A DNA stretch of 64,000 nt from assembly GCA_964489875.1 (NCBI GenBank), contig CAZAZW010000002.1, positions 64,503 to 128,502 on the forward strand. Reading direction: 5' to 3'. This document shows positions 47,251-57,544 of this stretch, piece by piece. The first letter of the stretch is position 1. Every line of letters begins with the position of its first letter. Source of the stretch: an uncultured Gammaproteobacteria bacterium (lineage in GTDB: Bacteria > Patescibacteriota > Microgenomatia > Daviesbacterales > UBA10151). The notes beneath the pieces are model-generated. The model was not told the DNA's origin and ran no database searches. It saw nothing but the letters and a program-made list of their open reading frames with translations. The translations under genes and the position numbers were made by a program.

Positions 47251-48507
47251 ATGTACAACGGTAGCAGATATCGAAAACGAACATCAATCCGCGGAAGCGG
47301 TTTCAATAGTAGATTCGGAAGACCACCTCAAAGAGGTGAGTTTAATAATTCCAGGGGTTTTTCAGGTAACAGAGGTAGGGGTCAAAGAAGAAGCCAGCTG
47401 GAAGGGGCGGATATTAACATGTTTATCAGGAAAGCTGAGCAAACTATTCCAGTAGACACGCAAACTACAGTACAAAACTTTGACAGTTTTAACCTGCATG
47501 AAATTTTACAGCAAAATATTTCCGCTCTTGGATACGAAATTCCCACCCCTGTCCAATCTCAATCAATAGGACCTATTTTAGAAGGCCGGGATGTTATTGG
47601 CTTGGCTTCTACCGGCACAGGCAAAACTGCCGCTTTTTTAATTCCCCTGATTCAAAAAATTTATCAGAGTAGAGATCAAAAAGCCTTAATTATTGTTCCG
47701 ACCAGGGAGCTGGCATTACAGATCAATCAGGAGTTTAGAGACTTAAGCCGGAATATGAACTTGTATTCGGCATTTATAATCGGCGGAACCAATATGCACA
47801 GACAGATCCAGGATTTAAGACGGAATCCTCATTTGGTCATTGCCACCCCGGGGCGTTTAAGAGACCTGATAGAGAGAAAAAACATATTTTTGGAGGATTA
47901 TTCTAATATTGTTTTGGACGAAGTGGATCTAATGGTCGATATTGGGTTTATTAATGATGTAAAATTTTTCGTTTCTTTAATGCCAAAGGCAAGACAATCC
48001 CTTTTCTTTTCAGCTACAATTTCACCTAAAATACAAGATATTCTGCGTTCTTTTGTAACTGATCCGATAACTGTTTCCGTCAAAAAACAAGATACTTCTG
48101 AAAATGTGAACCAGGATGTTATCAGGGTAGCAAGCTCTGATAAGAAAATAGACCAGCTTCACGATCTCCTGATCAAGGATGGCTTTGATAAAGTCCTGAT
48201 ATTCGGCAGGACAAAACACGGAATTGAAAAACTTAATAAGGAACTGGAATTTCGGGGTTTTAAAGTAGGAGCAATTCACGGCAATAAAAGACAGAGCCAA
48301 AGGCAGCGGGTGCTGGCGAGTTTTAAACAAAATCAAATACAGGTCCTTTTGGCCACAGATGTGGCTTCCCGGGGTTTAGACATAGATAATGTTACTCATG
48401 TTATCAACTACGATCTTCCTCAAACTTATGATGATTATATTCACAGAATAGGCAGGACAGGCAGGGCAGGAAAAACCGGTTTTGCCTTAACCTTCGTCAA
48501 CAATTAA
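47251..48507 (+). CDS. DEAD-box RNA helicase (DEVD variant)
   Basis: PTPVQ, GTGKT, PTRELA, TPGR, DEVD, SAT, HRIGRTGR. Confidence 0.95.
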   Translation: MYNGSRYRKRTSIRGSGFNSRFGRPPQRGEFNNSRGFSGNRGRGQRRSQLEGADINMFIRKAEQTIPVDTQTTVQNFDSFNLHEILQQNISALGYEIPTPVQSQSIGPILEGRDVIGLASTGTGKTAAFLIPLIQKIYQSRDQKALIIVPTRELALQINQEFRDLSRNMNLYSAFIIGGTNMHRQIQDLRRNPHLVIATPGRLRDLIERKNIFLEDYSNIVLDEVDLMVDIGFINDVKFFVSLMPKARQSLFFSATISPKIQDILRSFVTDPITVSVKKQDTSENVNQDVIRVASSDKKIDQLHDLLIKDGFDKVLIFGRTKHGIEKLNKELEFRGFKVGAIHGNKRQSQRQRVLASFKQNQIQVLLATDVASRGLDIDNVTHVINYDLPQTYDDYIHRIGRTGRAGKTGFALTFVNN

Positions 48508-48533
48508 CTCTTCGTTTGTGTTATACTAAGCCA

Positions 48534-48995
48534 GTGCAAACCCCCTCCTTCTATGCAAGCGGATTCCTTTATAGCCTTAAAACTCACCAAATTCTCTTAT
48601 TAAAACCCCAACAAACAGATAGCGCTGACTCTTTATGGTCCACTCTTGGAGGGGAAAGTGGTGAGGGGGAAGAAGCAGAAGCAGCTTTCCAAAGGATTGT
48701 AAACGAGTTATTGGATGTAAACCTTAAAACAAAAGATATTTATCCGGTCTATGATTATTTTCACGAGACGAAGGATAAAATCAATTATGTATTCTATGGT
48801 GAAGTGAAAAATCCCAAAAAATTTAATCATTTTAAAGAAAATATCTGTTCATGGGTGACTTTTCATGAGATACCAAAGCTCCCATTTACCACCCATTCTA
48901 AACAGGATGTGATAGTTGGGGAGCGGGTTATCAATGCCAAATGGCGGGATGATGAAGCCAGAAAATTAGAATCCTTTCCTGAAACTACACTTTAA
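48534..48995 (+). CDS. Degenerate NUDIX-fold protein
   Basis: ILLL...WS.LGG....GE..EAAFQRIVNELL (REuxEE eroded). Confidence 0.65.
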   Translation: MQTPSFYASGFLYSLKTHQILLLKPQQTDSADSLWSTLGGESGEGEEAEAAFQRIVNELLDVNLKTKDIYPVYDYFHETKDKINYVFYGEVKNPKKFNHFKENICSWVTFHEIPKLPFTTHSKQDVIVGERVINAKWRDDEARKLESFPETTL

Positions 48996-49068
48996 AAGAC
49001 CTAAGCTATGCTAAAATACTTCTGTGATAATTACAAAAGAGGTATTAAAATTTAGCTTCAAAATACGT

Positions 49069-49144
49069 TGGGGTGGCTGAGGGGAGTTGAACCCCCCACA
49101 TTCTGTTCCACAAACAGACGCTCTACCGCTGAGCTACAGCCACC
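49069..49144 (-). tRNA. tRNA-His(GTG)
   Basis: G-1, gtggctg acceptor, ttGTGga loop, C73 followed by encoded CCA. Confidence 0.93.
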
Positions 49145-49184
49145 ACGAGTTTCTATTTTACCAGATTCAATGTTTTTAATCACT

Positions 49185-49285
49185 AAAAAACCCACCTTGC
49201 GGCGGGTCTCTTAGAGAACCTGTCAATTACCGGTCTTGCGACTGATGCAAACTTTTTGTCTTGCGACGGAAGTTTTTAACAGGTC
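49185..49285 (-). ncRNA. Candidate ~100-nt structured small RNA (three-way junction, GCAA tetraloops)
   Basis: TTGACA-17-TAAATT promoter, closing stem acctgttaa/ttgacaggt, two gtcGCAAgac hairpins, terminal acccgccGCAAggtgggt plus T run. Confidence 0.65.
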
Positions 49286-49290
49286 TAATC

Positions 49291-49319
49291 AATTTACATC
49301 AGTTAATATACTCTGTCAA
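49291..49319 (-). promoter_or_regulatory. Sigma70-type promoter of the candidate sRNA
   Basis: TTGACA (49319-49314), 17 nt, TAAATT (49296-49291). Confidence 0.65.
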
Positions 49320-49344
49320 CTAGGACAAACTGGATCAAAATAGG

Positions 49345-51120
49345 TCAATTTGAAAATGGCAGAAGTTGCCAGAGTTCATTTGGATGGAGGAGGGCAGATG
49401 CTATGTCCGGCTGGAGAACCCCGAAATCCAGAGCATTGACTCCGGCAGATACTTTTTGGTTTATAGTTTTGGGTTTGTAAAAAGGCCTTTCTAAAGAAAA
49501 CTCAAATGAATAATCCGGTAGCAAATATCTGGCCTCTATTTCAGGAGACACCCCTTCCGAATTTAGGGTTACGGCTTGGGCGCTTTCTCCGTTAACACCT
49601 CTAACTTTTAGGATATAACCCCCTGCTGAATCTTTTTTCCAACCCAGCTTACTCATAATTTTTAGAATCACCGGTGATTTAACTTCAGTTGTAAATTCAA
49701 CAGGTGTTGTATCAAATTGACGATCTCCTTCAAACAAATTAAGGGAAACTTGGTAAGTTCCGCCGAGGGGAGCTTTCAAATTTAAGTTGAAAGTATATTC
49801 CTCTCCCGGTTCAACTTTTTTATCTTTTGGTAATTTAAAAGCTAGAATGCCTAAATCTTGTCCTCCTTTAATGGGTTTTAGACTGATTTCTTCTTTATCA
49901 TTCCAAATTGATTGGCCGACATTTTTAAAAGATAAAGAAATGGTATAACTTTCTCCGGCAACTATGGAACTATAAATTTCTCCTTTTGTAAGTTCTGCTT
50001 TTACCTCCTGAATAGGTTTACCAATAATCTTTGGTATGCTTTGTATCACTTGATACACGGAATAATATTCAGGATATTGTGTTCCCAAAACCTGAGTACG
50101 GAGAAGTTTCTCAGTTTGTTTCTCACCGGTTATTCTCTTAAATGAAAAATGGTCAAAAGGGGCCTCCTGGTAGTTTAATAAAAAGGGAGTAATGGCAACT
50201 ATTTTGTTAGTATTCCAGGCATTTTCAAAAGCCTGCGAGTAATATTTGGCTACGGTTTCTTCAGCCGGTAACCTTGAATCGTACTTTAAGCCTTCCGCAT
50301 GTTTCCAACCTGTTTCTGTAATGAATACCGGCAAATCTTTTTTAAGACCTAAATTTCGCAGTTGTTGCAGCTCCCAAGCATAAGTTCTAACAGTGCCCCG
50401 GCCAACGTCATCCGGTGACCCGGCAAATGCCGGATTGGGGTAAGAGTGAGATACCCAACCATCCAGTTTTTCAAAAATTCCGGGGACAGCAGTATTCATC
50501 TCTTTCATAAATAACAGTTCGTCTTCATACCTGGGAGGTTGAGAAGGTGTTGAGGCGTCAAAGCCTCCGTTGAGTACAAAAAAGTCCCGATTTTTATTTT
50601 TAAGCGCTGTAATAGTCTTATCTAGAACTTCTGCGTAAGATTTTGCGTCAACTTTATTTCCCCATTCTGTACCATGATTAGGTTCGTTATAAATAGTAAC
50701 GTAACGGTTTTTAGTCGGCCAATTTAAAGAATCTAAAAAATCTGCCCAAGCTATCTCTTCACCTTCATAAGGCCTTTTCCAAAAATTACCATCAGGCTCT
50801 GTGGCTAATCTGACAAGGGGAATTAAGTGACGGCGACGTAGGTCATTAAAAAACTCCTGCCATTTTTCATGATTTCTGTCTTTGCTTTCAATTAAAACTG
50901 TAATATAGCCCCAGTCACCATTAGTATTGACAAGCGCTGCAGCCGGTGAGGATTCCTCCAGGGTAGCTTGGATAATATGGATCCCAAACTTGTTATTTGG
51001 TACTGCTAACGGATTAACTATGGCATAGGTGGGTGTTGAAAATAAAGCTGTTATAATCAGGAACAAAAAGAAAATCGCCCCTTGATATTTGGGTTTATTT
51101 CGGGTTATATTAAAAACCAT
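49345..51120 (-). CDS. Secreted clan GH-A glycoside hydrolase with Ig-like domain
   Basis: Signal peptide; YNEPN acid/base, SHSYP, ITETGW nucleophile; NVGQSIW..VEPGEEYTF Ig-like domain; start moved from 51255. Confidence 0.8.
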   Translation of the reverse strand: MVFNITRNKPKYQGAIFFLFLIITALFSTPTYAIVNPLAVPNNKFGIHIIQATLEESSPAAALVNTNGDWGYITVLIESKDRNHEKWQEFFNDLRRRHLIPLVRLATEPDGNFWKRPYEGEEIAWADFLDSLNWPTKNRYVTIYNEPNHGTEWGNKVDAKSYAEVLDKTITALKNKNRDFFVLNGGFDASTPSQPPRYEDELLFMKEMNTAVPGIFEKLDGWVSHSYPNPAFAGSPDDVGRGTVRTYAWELQQLRNLGLKKDLPVFITETGWKHAEGLKYDSRLPAEETVAKYYSQAFENAWNTNKIVAITPFLLNYQEAPFDHFSFKRITGEKQTEKLLRTQVLGTQYPEYYSVYQVIQSIPKIIGKPIQEVKAELTKGEIYSSIVAGESYTISLSFKNVGQSIWNDKEEISLKPIKGGQDLGILAFKLPKDKKVEPGEEYTFNLNLKAPLGGTYQVSLNLFEGDRQFDTTPVEFTTEVKSPVILKIMSKLGWKKDSAGGYILKVRGVNGESAQAVTLNSEGVSPEIEARYLLPDYSFEFSLERPFYKPKTINQKVSAGVNALDFGVLQPDIASALLHPNELWQLLPFSN

Positions 51121-51361
51121 GTTAGAAATCATCGAACCTATTAATGTTTGGGTGTTTTTTGACAAAAACAGCATTATTCCTGATTCCTTTTTTTGGCGTG
51201 GCCGACAAATCAAAATAGAGAAAGTTAATCTAATCCATACCTCCAGAAATGGCAATACGCTATTTTATCATTTTTCCGTAACCTCTGGGGGGAATTTTTA
51301 CAAACTTCAATTTGATACTAGTAAGTTAAAGTGGACTTTAGAAGCCTTGGAGGAAGGATAA
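51119..51361 (+). CDS. Small beta-rich DinB-associated protein (DUF6504-like)
   Basis: P.SF.WRGR..IEKV...HFSV...YKL.FD..KW.L; TTGATA-18-TATATT promoter 7 nt before ATG. Confidence 0.7.
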   Translation: MLEIIEPINVWVFFDKNSIIPDSFFWRGRQIKIEKVNLIHTSRNGNTLFYHFSVTSGGNFYKLQFDTSKLKWTLEALEEG

Positions 51362-51364
51362 AAA

Positions 51365-51436
51365 ATGAGAACTATTCTGCATGTTGACTTCAATAGTTTA
51401 GATCGCCGCAGGCGAGCGCAAGAATTGTACCTATGA
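51365..51436 (+). pseudogene. Duplicated dinB 5' fragment / 23-aa uORF
   Basis: MRTILHVDFNSLDRRRRAQELYL*; stop overlaps the dinB ATG. Confidence 0.65.
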
Positions 51437-52695
51437 ATAAAATTATTTTCCATATTGACTTCAATTCTTATTTTGCCACTGTTGAACAACAGGCAAATCC
51501 CAGACTTCGTGGTAAGCCAATTGGTGTAACCGGAGGGGACCGGATGAAACGGACTGTTTTAGGCGCAGCTTCAATAGAAGCCAAGAAATTTGGGGTCAAA
51601 ACCGGGATGCAAATTTGGGAAGCTAAAAAGCTTTGCCCTCAAATTATTCTGGTGCCGGGGGACTCTGATAAGTATTTGGAGGTAACTAAACGATTTTTGA
51701 ATATCCTAAAAGACTACAGCCCATATCTGGAAGTGTTTTCAATAGATGAAGCATTTCTCCAGTATACCGGTAAATCCGTGGATCAGCGTATCAGTATTGC
51801 CTTGGAGATCAAAAGCCGGATTCGGTACGAGGTGGGTGAGTGGATAACCTGTTCTATTGGTATTTCTTATAATAAGTTAATTGCTAAGCTAGCTGGATCG
51901 CTGCAGAAACCTGATGGTTTAGTAGTAATTCAAAATCAAGAAGAAGCAATCAAAATTCTTGATCAGATCGAACTGGATGAAATTTGCGGAATCGGGCCCA
52001 GAATTAAAAAGAGGTTAAATAATACGGGAATTTTTAATTTTTATCAGCTAAGACAGGTGCCCTTAAAAAGTTTATTAGCTTCTTTTAAAAGTTACGGACA
52101 GATTCTGTATAACATGGCCAGGGGTATTGATAATTCACCGATTGTGCCTTTCTACGAAAAAGGAGAGGTCAAAAGCATAGGACACAGACATACAATAAAT
52201 CATGATACTGCCGACCGGGAAGAAATAAAACAACTCCTTTTGAAGCTTTCCGAAATGGTGGCCAGGAGGCTACGAGCTAAAAACCTAGTAGGAAAAACTA
52301 TCCATTGCTGGTATCGTTCAGCTTTCCACCCCCGGGGTGTAATCGCATCTTTTCACCCTGGGGGTGTGTTCGATGGCGATGGCATGCAAACTACAATTTT
52401 ATTTACAGATGATGGATTGGATATTTTTAAAGCTGCCTGGAAAATTTTCCAAAGCATCTGGGATGGCGGGAAGATTAGAATGATTGGCGTATCCGTTTCC
52501 AATCTAAAGCCACAAACCCCACAGAATTTAAGTTTTCTGCCTGAAGTTAGAAGAAAAGAAATTATCACCCGGGCTTTAGATAAAATTAATGATAAATACG
52601 GTGAGTTTACCCTGCAGCGTGGGGTTTTGCTTACTTCGGCTAAAATCCGCCGCAAGCCCAACCCGTTTCTCTCAGACAGACGTTTCAAATTGTGA
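51433..52695 (+). CDS. dinB: Y-family DNA polymerase IV
   Basis: HIDFNSYFATVE, ASIEAKKFGV, SIDEAF, KLIAKLA, KPDGL, GIG. Confidence 0.93.
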   Translation: MNKIIFHIDFNSYFATVEQQANPRLRGKPIGVTGGDRMKRTVLGAASIEAKKFGVKTGMQIWEAKKLCPQIILVPGDSDKYLEVTKRFLNILKDYSPYLEVFSIDEAFLQYTGKSVDQRISIALEIKSRIRYEVGEWITCSIGISYNKLIAKLAGSLQKPDGLVVIQNQEEAIKILDQIELDEICGIGPRIKKRLNNTGIFNFYQLRQVPLKSLLASFKSYGQILYNMARGIDNSPIVPFYEKGEVKSIGHRHTINHDTADREEIKQLLLKLSEMVARRLRAKNLVGKTIHCWYRSAFHPRGVIASFHPGGVFDGDGMQTTILFTDDGLDIFKAAWKIFQSIWDGGKIRMIGVSVSNLKPQTPQNLSFLPEVRRKEIITRALDKINDKYGEFTLQRGVLLTSAKIRRKPNPFLSDRRFKL

Positions 52696-54097
52696 CTACT
52701 TTAATTGTGTCTGTTGTCCCGCTTACTCCAAGCAGAGAACCGCTTGCTATTACCACTTTATCCCCCTTGGCAGCAATCTTATTTTTATTTATTGTCTCGA
52801 TTATCAGCTTCCAAAAAACATTATAGTCCTGAGTAAACTCCATTATAAAACATTCAACTCCCCAAACTAGCTGAAGCTGGTTTCTGACTTGTTCATTATG
52901 AGTGGTAGCGATGATTTGCGCCTCAGGCCGAAATGAAGCCAAAATTTTGGCCGTATTTCCGGAAGTAGTGGCCACCACCACAGTTTTGGCTTTGATTCTA
53001 TAAGCAATATTGGCTGCGGATGAAACTATGGCGCTGACAACCTTAAGCTTCAGGGGAATATTTTGCCAATCTATCTGAATCAGGTGTTTATATTGCTGGT
53101 GCCTTTCTACGGAAATAATAATTTCACTCATGGTTTTTACAGCTTCCACAGGATATGCTCCCACGGCAGTCTCTGCCGAAAGCATTACCGCATCTACTTG
53201 GTTTAAAACCGCGTAGGCTACATCAGAAGTTTCAGCTCTGGTAGGCCGGGGATTTTGAATCATGGATTCAAGCATTTGGGTGGCAATTATGACCGGCTTC
53301 TGAAATTGCCTCGCCAGGTTGATGATTTTTTGCTGTGTTAGCGGGACTTCGGAGGCTTTCATTTCTATTCCCAGATCACCCCTGGCAATCATCACCGCAT
53401 CAGTTGCTTTTATTATTTCATCCAGGTTTTCAACAGCCATTTTCTTTTCAATTTTGGCAATTATTTTAACTTTGGATTTTTTGTTTTCAATGACTTCCCG
53501 GGCGGCTTTTAAATCAGCGGCTGTTTGAATAAAAGATAAAGCTATAAAATCAACTCCCTCATTCAGTGCGAATTTCAAGTCTGCTCTATCTTTTTGTGTG
53601 AAACTGGGAGTTTTAATCGCGGTATCCGGAATATTTACACCTTTATTGGAAGAAATAATGCCGTCATTTTGGGCTTGGGCCTGAATATTTTTTTTGTTAA
53701 CTTCGGTGATTTTGAATTCAACTAACCCGTCACTCACGAAAATCCTTTCTCCTTTGGAAACATATGCTGTCAGGTCAAATTGTATCGGGATTTCCTGCTG
53801 AACTGGGTTGGTGCTGAAGGAGACAATATTGCCTTTTTTAATCTTCCTCACCTCACTAAATATTCCCAAACGAAGTTTCGGCCCTTGCAGGTCTGCCATT
53901 ATAGCTACCGGTATCTTAAGTTCTCGGGAGATATTCCTGATGTTTTGGATCTGATTCTTTTTTTCCTGATATGTACCGTGGGAGAAATTTAATCTTGCCA
54001 CATTAAGTCCGGCTTTTATTAAAGCCCTGATGGTTTTGGGTGAGGACGATGCAGGCCCAATAGTTGCTATGATTTTTGTTCTTTTACCACTTGTCAT
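52685..54097 (-). CDS. pyk: Pyruvate kinase
   Basis: RTKIIATIGP, RLNFSHG, AKIE, ARGDLG, ATQMLESM, PTRAE. Confidence 0.97.
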   Translation of the reverse strand: MTSGKRTKIIATIGPASSSPKTIRALIKAGLNVARLNFSHGTYQEKKNQIQNIRNISRELKIPVAIMADLQGPKLRLGIFSEVRKIKKGNIVSFSTNPVQQEIPIQFDLTAYVSKGERIFVSDGLVEFKITEVNKKNIQAQAQNDGIISSNKGVNIPDTAIKTPSFTQKDRADLKFALNEGVDFIALSFIQTAADLKAAREVIENKKSKVKIIAKIEKKMAVENLDEIIKATDAVMIARGDLGIEMKASEVPLTQQKIINLARQFQKPVIIATQMLESMIQNPRPTRAETSDVAYAVLNQVDAVMLSAETAVGAYPVEAVKTMSEIIISVERHQQYKHLIQIDWQNIPLKLKVVSAIVSSAANIAYRIKAKTVVVATTSGNTAKILASFRPEAQIIATTHNEQVRNQLQLVWGVECFIMEFTQDYNVFWKLIIETINKNKIAAKGDKVVIASGSLLGVSGTTDTIKVVTI

Positions 54098-54135
54098 ACT
54101 TGAATGCATATTTTATCACGTAGTATAGTTAACTA

Positions 54136-55095
54136 ATGAGAACGATAGTTACGGGAGGCGCCGGGTTTTTGGGATCGCATTTATGTGACAAATTAATTGA
54201 AAGAGGTGATCAGGTTCTTTGTGTAGATAATCTATTAACCGGTAATCCTGCTAATATAGCTCATTTGCAAAATAGTCCTAGCTTTGAATTTGTGGAAGCT
54301 GAGGCCAGTGACGGCCTGCCCACAGATTTGGACTTTGATGCTCTCTATCACCTGGCTTCTCCTGCTTCTCCCAACAAAAATAACCCACAAAGTTATATAG
54401 CTCTTCCCTTTGAGACTATGCAGATAAATTCTATAGGGACTTGGACTCTATGCGAAGAAGTCCTGTCACGAGGAGCTAAGTTTTTATTTGCTTCAACCTC
54501 AGAGGCCTACGGTGATCCGCTGGAACACCCGCAAAAAGAAAGCTACAAAGGCAATGTTTCAACCACCGGTCCCAGATCCGTATATGATGAATCAAAAAGA
54601 TTCGGCGAAACCATTACCGCCGCTTACGTCCGCTATCACAAGTTAGATGCCAGGATTGTCCGCATTTTCAATACCTATGGCCCCAGGATGGCCTCAGACG
54701 GCCGGGTGGTAATTGAATTTATCACGGCTGCTTTGCAGAATAAGCCTTTTCCGATTTTTGGTGACGGTAAGCAAACCAGGTCTTTTTGCTATGTATCTGA
54801 TTTAATAGACGGGATAATTGCTGCCATGGATAAAGGAGAGAAGGGGGAAATATATAATTTAGGAAATCCTCACGAATTTACCTTATTAGAATTAGTTGAG
54901 GTGGTTAAAAAACTTACAGGGACTAGCTCAGAGGTGGAGTTCGTAGAAAAATTACCAACTGATGATCCGCTCAAGCGTTGTCCGGATATTACCAAGGCCA
55001 AAGAAAAGTTGGGCTGGGAGCCTAAGGTAGAGCTGGAAGAGGGTTTGAAGAAATTGATTGTGTATTTACAAAACATCAAAGAACCTCCGGCATAG
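54136..55095 (+). CDS. UDP-glucuronate decarboxylase-like NAD-dependent epimerase/dehydratase
   Basis: GGAGFLG, ASPASP, STSEAYGDP, YDESKR, RIFNTYGP. Confidence 0.9.
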   Translation: MRTIVTGGAGFLGSHLCDKLIERGDQVLCVDNLLTGNPANIAHLQNSPSFEFVEAEASDGLPTDLDFDALYHLASPASPNKNNPQSYIALPFETMQINSIGTWTLCEEVLSRGAKFLFASTSEAYGDPLEHPQKESYKGNVSTTGPRSVYDESKRFGETITAAYVRYHKLDARIVRIFNTYGPRMASDGRVVIEFITAALQNKPFPIFGDGKQTRSFCYVSDLIDGIIAAMDKGEKGEIYNLGNPHEFTLLELVEVVKKLTGTSSEVEFVEKLPTDDPLKRCPDITKAKEKLGWEPKVELEEGLKKLIVYLQNIKEPPA

Positions 55096-55134
55096 CTTTC
55101 CAAATCAGTCCAAAATTGATAAAATGTACTTCAA

Positions 55135-55207
55135 GCGCCCGTAGCTCAGTGGATAGAGCAGGACGGTTCTAACGTCAAGGTCGGGGGTTCGAATCCCTCC
55201 GGGCGCG
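55135..55207 (+). tRNA. tRNA-Arg(TCT)
   Basis: gcgcccg acceptor, gtTCTaa loop, GTTCGAATCC. Confidence 0.9.
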
Positions 55208-55372
55208 CAAGGAAATTTCTTGTAATAAATCTTACTGAAAAATTGCTGATCGGGGTCTACTATGTCAATTGAGTCGCTAGTTCAACGGGAGAACAGTCTT
55301 TTTTTGAAAAAAAGACAAACCAGAGTCCGACACTCTGACGACTCACACCTATATTCTAACCCTCCAAACAAT

Positions 55373-55699
55373 TCACCTATAGCGGGGTCTTTCTGGGAAA
55401 AGCTTCACCCAGGCTACTACAACTGCTCCTCCACCTACCACCAGTAGAGTCCACAGTGCAGTTGTAAGGGTACTAAACCCCAATACAAACGGAGCCAGAA
55501 TTGCTCCTACGCCGACAATGCCTGCCACCCAATACTCCCATCTTTCTCTGTCTGCTGCAACTCCCTCAAAAATAGAGGAAACGAGTAAAACCCCTCCAAT
55601 TATCAAACTAGTCCATAGTGCCACTACATCATTATCATATCCAAACAAATAGGGTGATACTATCGCCAGTATTCCTAGAAAACCGGTTAATAGATACAT
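55373..55699 (-). CDS. SPW-repeat membrane protein
   Basis: Two repeats G...SPY/APF.FG(Y/F); GGAGGTG RBS. Confidence 0.8.
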   Translation of the reverse strand: MYLLTGFLGILAIVSPYLFGYDNDVVALWTSLIIGGVLLVSSIFEGVAADRERWEYWVAGIVGVGAILAPFVLGFSTLTTALWTLLVVGGGAVVVAWVKLFPERPRYR

Positions 55700-55785
55700 C
55701 TTTTCTCACCTCCAGTTCATTTTAACCTTAATCCTTTGGAATAATTTTTTCAGTAATCAATATTACGTAAAAAGAAGGGGAGACT

Positions 55786-57474
55786 TTAAAATAATCCCAC
55801 TACGGCGCCTTTTGAATCAATATCAATTCTTTCTCCAGCAGGAGAGGAGGGAAGACCGGGCATGGTCCGCATCTCGCCCAAGAGAGGATAAAGAAAACCG
55901 GCACCAGCTGATAACCTGACATCCCGGATGGAGACCGTAAATCCACGAGGCCTTCCCTTAAGGTGTTTCTCATGAGAAAGTGATTCGTGAGTTTTTGCCA
56001 TACAGATAGGTAAATTAGCATAACCCATTTCTGTATACATTTTGATCGCCTGCTCAGCCGCGTGAAGGTAGCTAACACCATCTGCGCCGTAAATCTTCTT
56101 GGCAATAATTTCAATTTTATCCTTGATCGGTATATCAAGCGGATACAGAAACCGGAAATTATTTGGTTGTTCACAAGCTTTAGCCACAGCCTCGGCCATT
56201 TCTTTCCCGCCTTCACCACCTCTTGCGTGTATATCACTGGTGCAAGCTGCAAAGGCGCCAGCCCTCCGTGAGACCTTTTTAACCAACTCTATTTCAGCTT
56301 CAGTATCAGTAGCAAAACGATTAATTGCCACAACCACCGGAATACCAAAATATCGCATATTCTCGATTTGTTTTTCCAAATTCTCAGAGCCAGCTCCTAC
56401 AGCCTCCAGGTTTTCTTCCATAAGACCAGGATCAAGCGGTTTTCCGGCAATAACCTTAAAACTACCACTGTGCATCTTCAAAGCCCTGATTGTAGCCACA
56501 ACCACTACTGCATCAGGAACCAAACCACTATTACGGCATTTGATATTCATGAACTTTTCGGCGCCTAAATCTGCACCAAACCCGCTTTCCGTCACTACAT
56601 AATCTGCCAGTTTTAGACCGATGGCATCAGCCAGAATTGAGCTATTGCCATGAGCTATGTTTGCAAAAGGGCCGCAGTGAACAAAAGCCGGTGTATTTTC
56701 CAGCGTTTGCATCAAGTTGGGCTTGATGGCGTCCCTCAGAAGCACTGTCATTGCCCCGTCTACCCTTAAATCTTTAGCAGTAACCGGTTTACCTCCCTTG
56801 GTGGTGCCAATGACTATTTTTCCCAAGCGTTTTCGAAGATCCGCTAAATCCGTAGTAAGAGCCAGAATAGCCATCACTTCCGAGGCAACGGTAATATCGT
56901 ATCCGGTCTCGCGTACCGTACCTTCTTTATTTAAACCGATGATGATATTGCGAAGAGCCCTGTCGGACACATCAACTACCCGACGGAAAGTAACTGCTTG
57001 CGGATCAATATTTAGCTTGTTGCCATGAAAAATATGGTTATCAATAAAAGCAGCCAAGAGGTTATGAGCAAGTCCAATAGCGTGAACATCGCCTGTCAAG
57101 TGAAGATTAAAATCCTCCATGGGGATGATTTGAGAATAACCTCCGCCGGCTGCTCCTCCTTTTATACCAAAAACAGGGCCAAGCGAGGGCTGGCGGATAC
57201 AAATTATGGCCTTTTTACCGATTTTATTGAGCGCTTGTCCCAAACCAACTGTGGTAGTAGTTTTACCCTCACCCAACGGAGTAGGGGTGATCGCCGTCAC
57301 ATCTATATACTTCCCGTTTGGTCTACTTTTTAGTCTTTTCAGAACATCTAGGGAGACTTTTGCCTTGTATTTGCCATAGGTTTCAATTTCAGAATCAAGT
57401 AACCCAATTTCTGCTGCAATTTCTGATATAGGTTTTAGTTTGGCCGCTTGGGCTATTTTAAGATCACTCAGCAT
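55786..57474 (-). CDS. fhs: Formate-tetrahydrofolate ligase
   Basis: [46 protein letters not shown]. Confidence 0.97.
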   Translation of the reverse strand: MLSDLKIAQAAKLKPISEIAAEIGLLDSEIETYGKYKAKVSLDVLKRLKSRPNGKYIDVTAITPTPLGEGKTTTTVGLGQALNKIGKKAIICIRQPSLGPVFGIKGGAAGGGYSQIIPMEDFNLHLTGDVHAIGLAHNLLAAFIDNHIFHGNKLNIDPQAVTFRRVVDVSDRALRNIIIGLNKEGTVRETGYDITVASEVMAILALTTDLADLRKRLGKIVIGTTKGGKPVTAKDLRVDGAMTVLLRDAIKPNLMQTLENTPAFVHCGPFANIAHGNSSILADAIGLKLADYVVTESGFGADLGAEKFMNIKCRNSGLVPDAVVVVATIRALKMHSGSFKVIAGKPLDPGLMEENLEAVGAGSENLEKQIENMRYFGIPVVVAINRFATDTEAEIELVKKVSRRAGAFAACTSDIHARGGEGGKEMAEAVAKACEQPNNFRFLYPLDIPIKDKIEIIAKKIYGADGVSYLHAAEQAIKMYTEMGYANLPICMAKTHESLSHEKHLKGRPRGFTVSIRDVRLSAGAGFLYPLLGEMRTMPGLPSSPAGERIDIDSKGAVVGLF

Positions 57475-57544
57475 AGGTTTAAAATTATATCATTTTTATA
57501 GCAAACATTGACAAAATATATAACCTTTGATAAGGTAACAAATA

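Noticed and set aside
49069-49071. Only tRNA-His has an encoded CCA
   Set aside because: Mixed CCA encoding is common and implies only a CCA-adding enzyme elsewhere
51121-51255. N-terminal extension of the glycoside hydrolase ORF
   Set aside because: Overlaps the plus-strand small gene; the signal peptide begins near 51120
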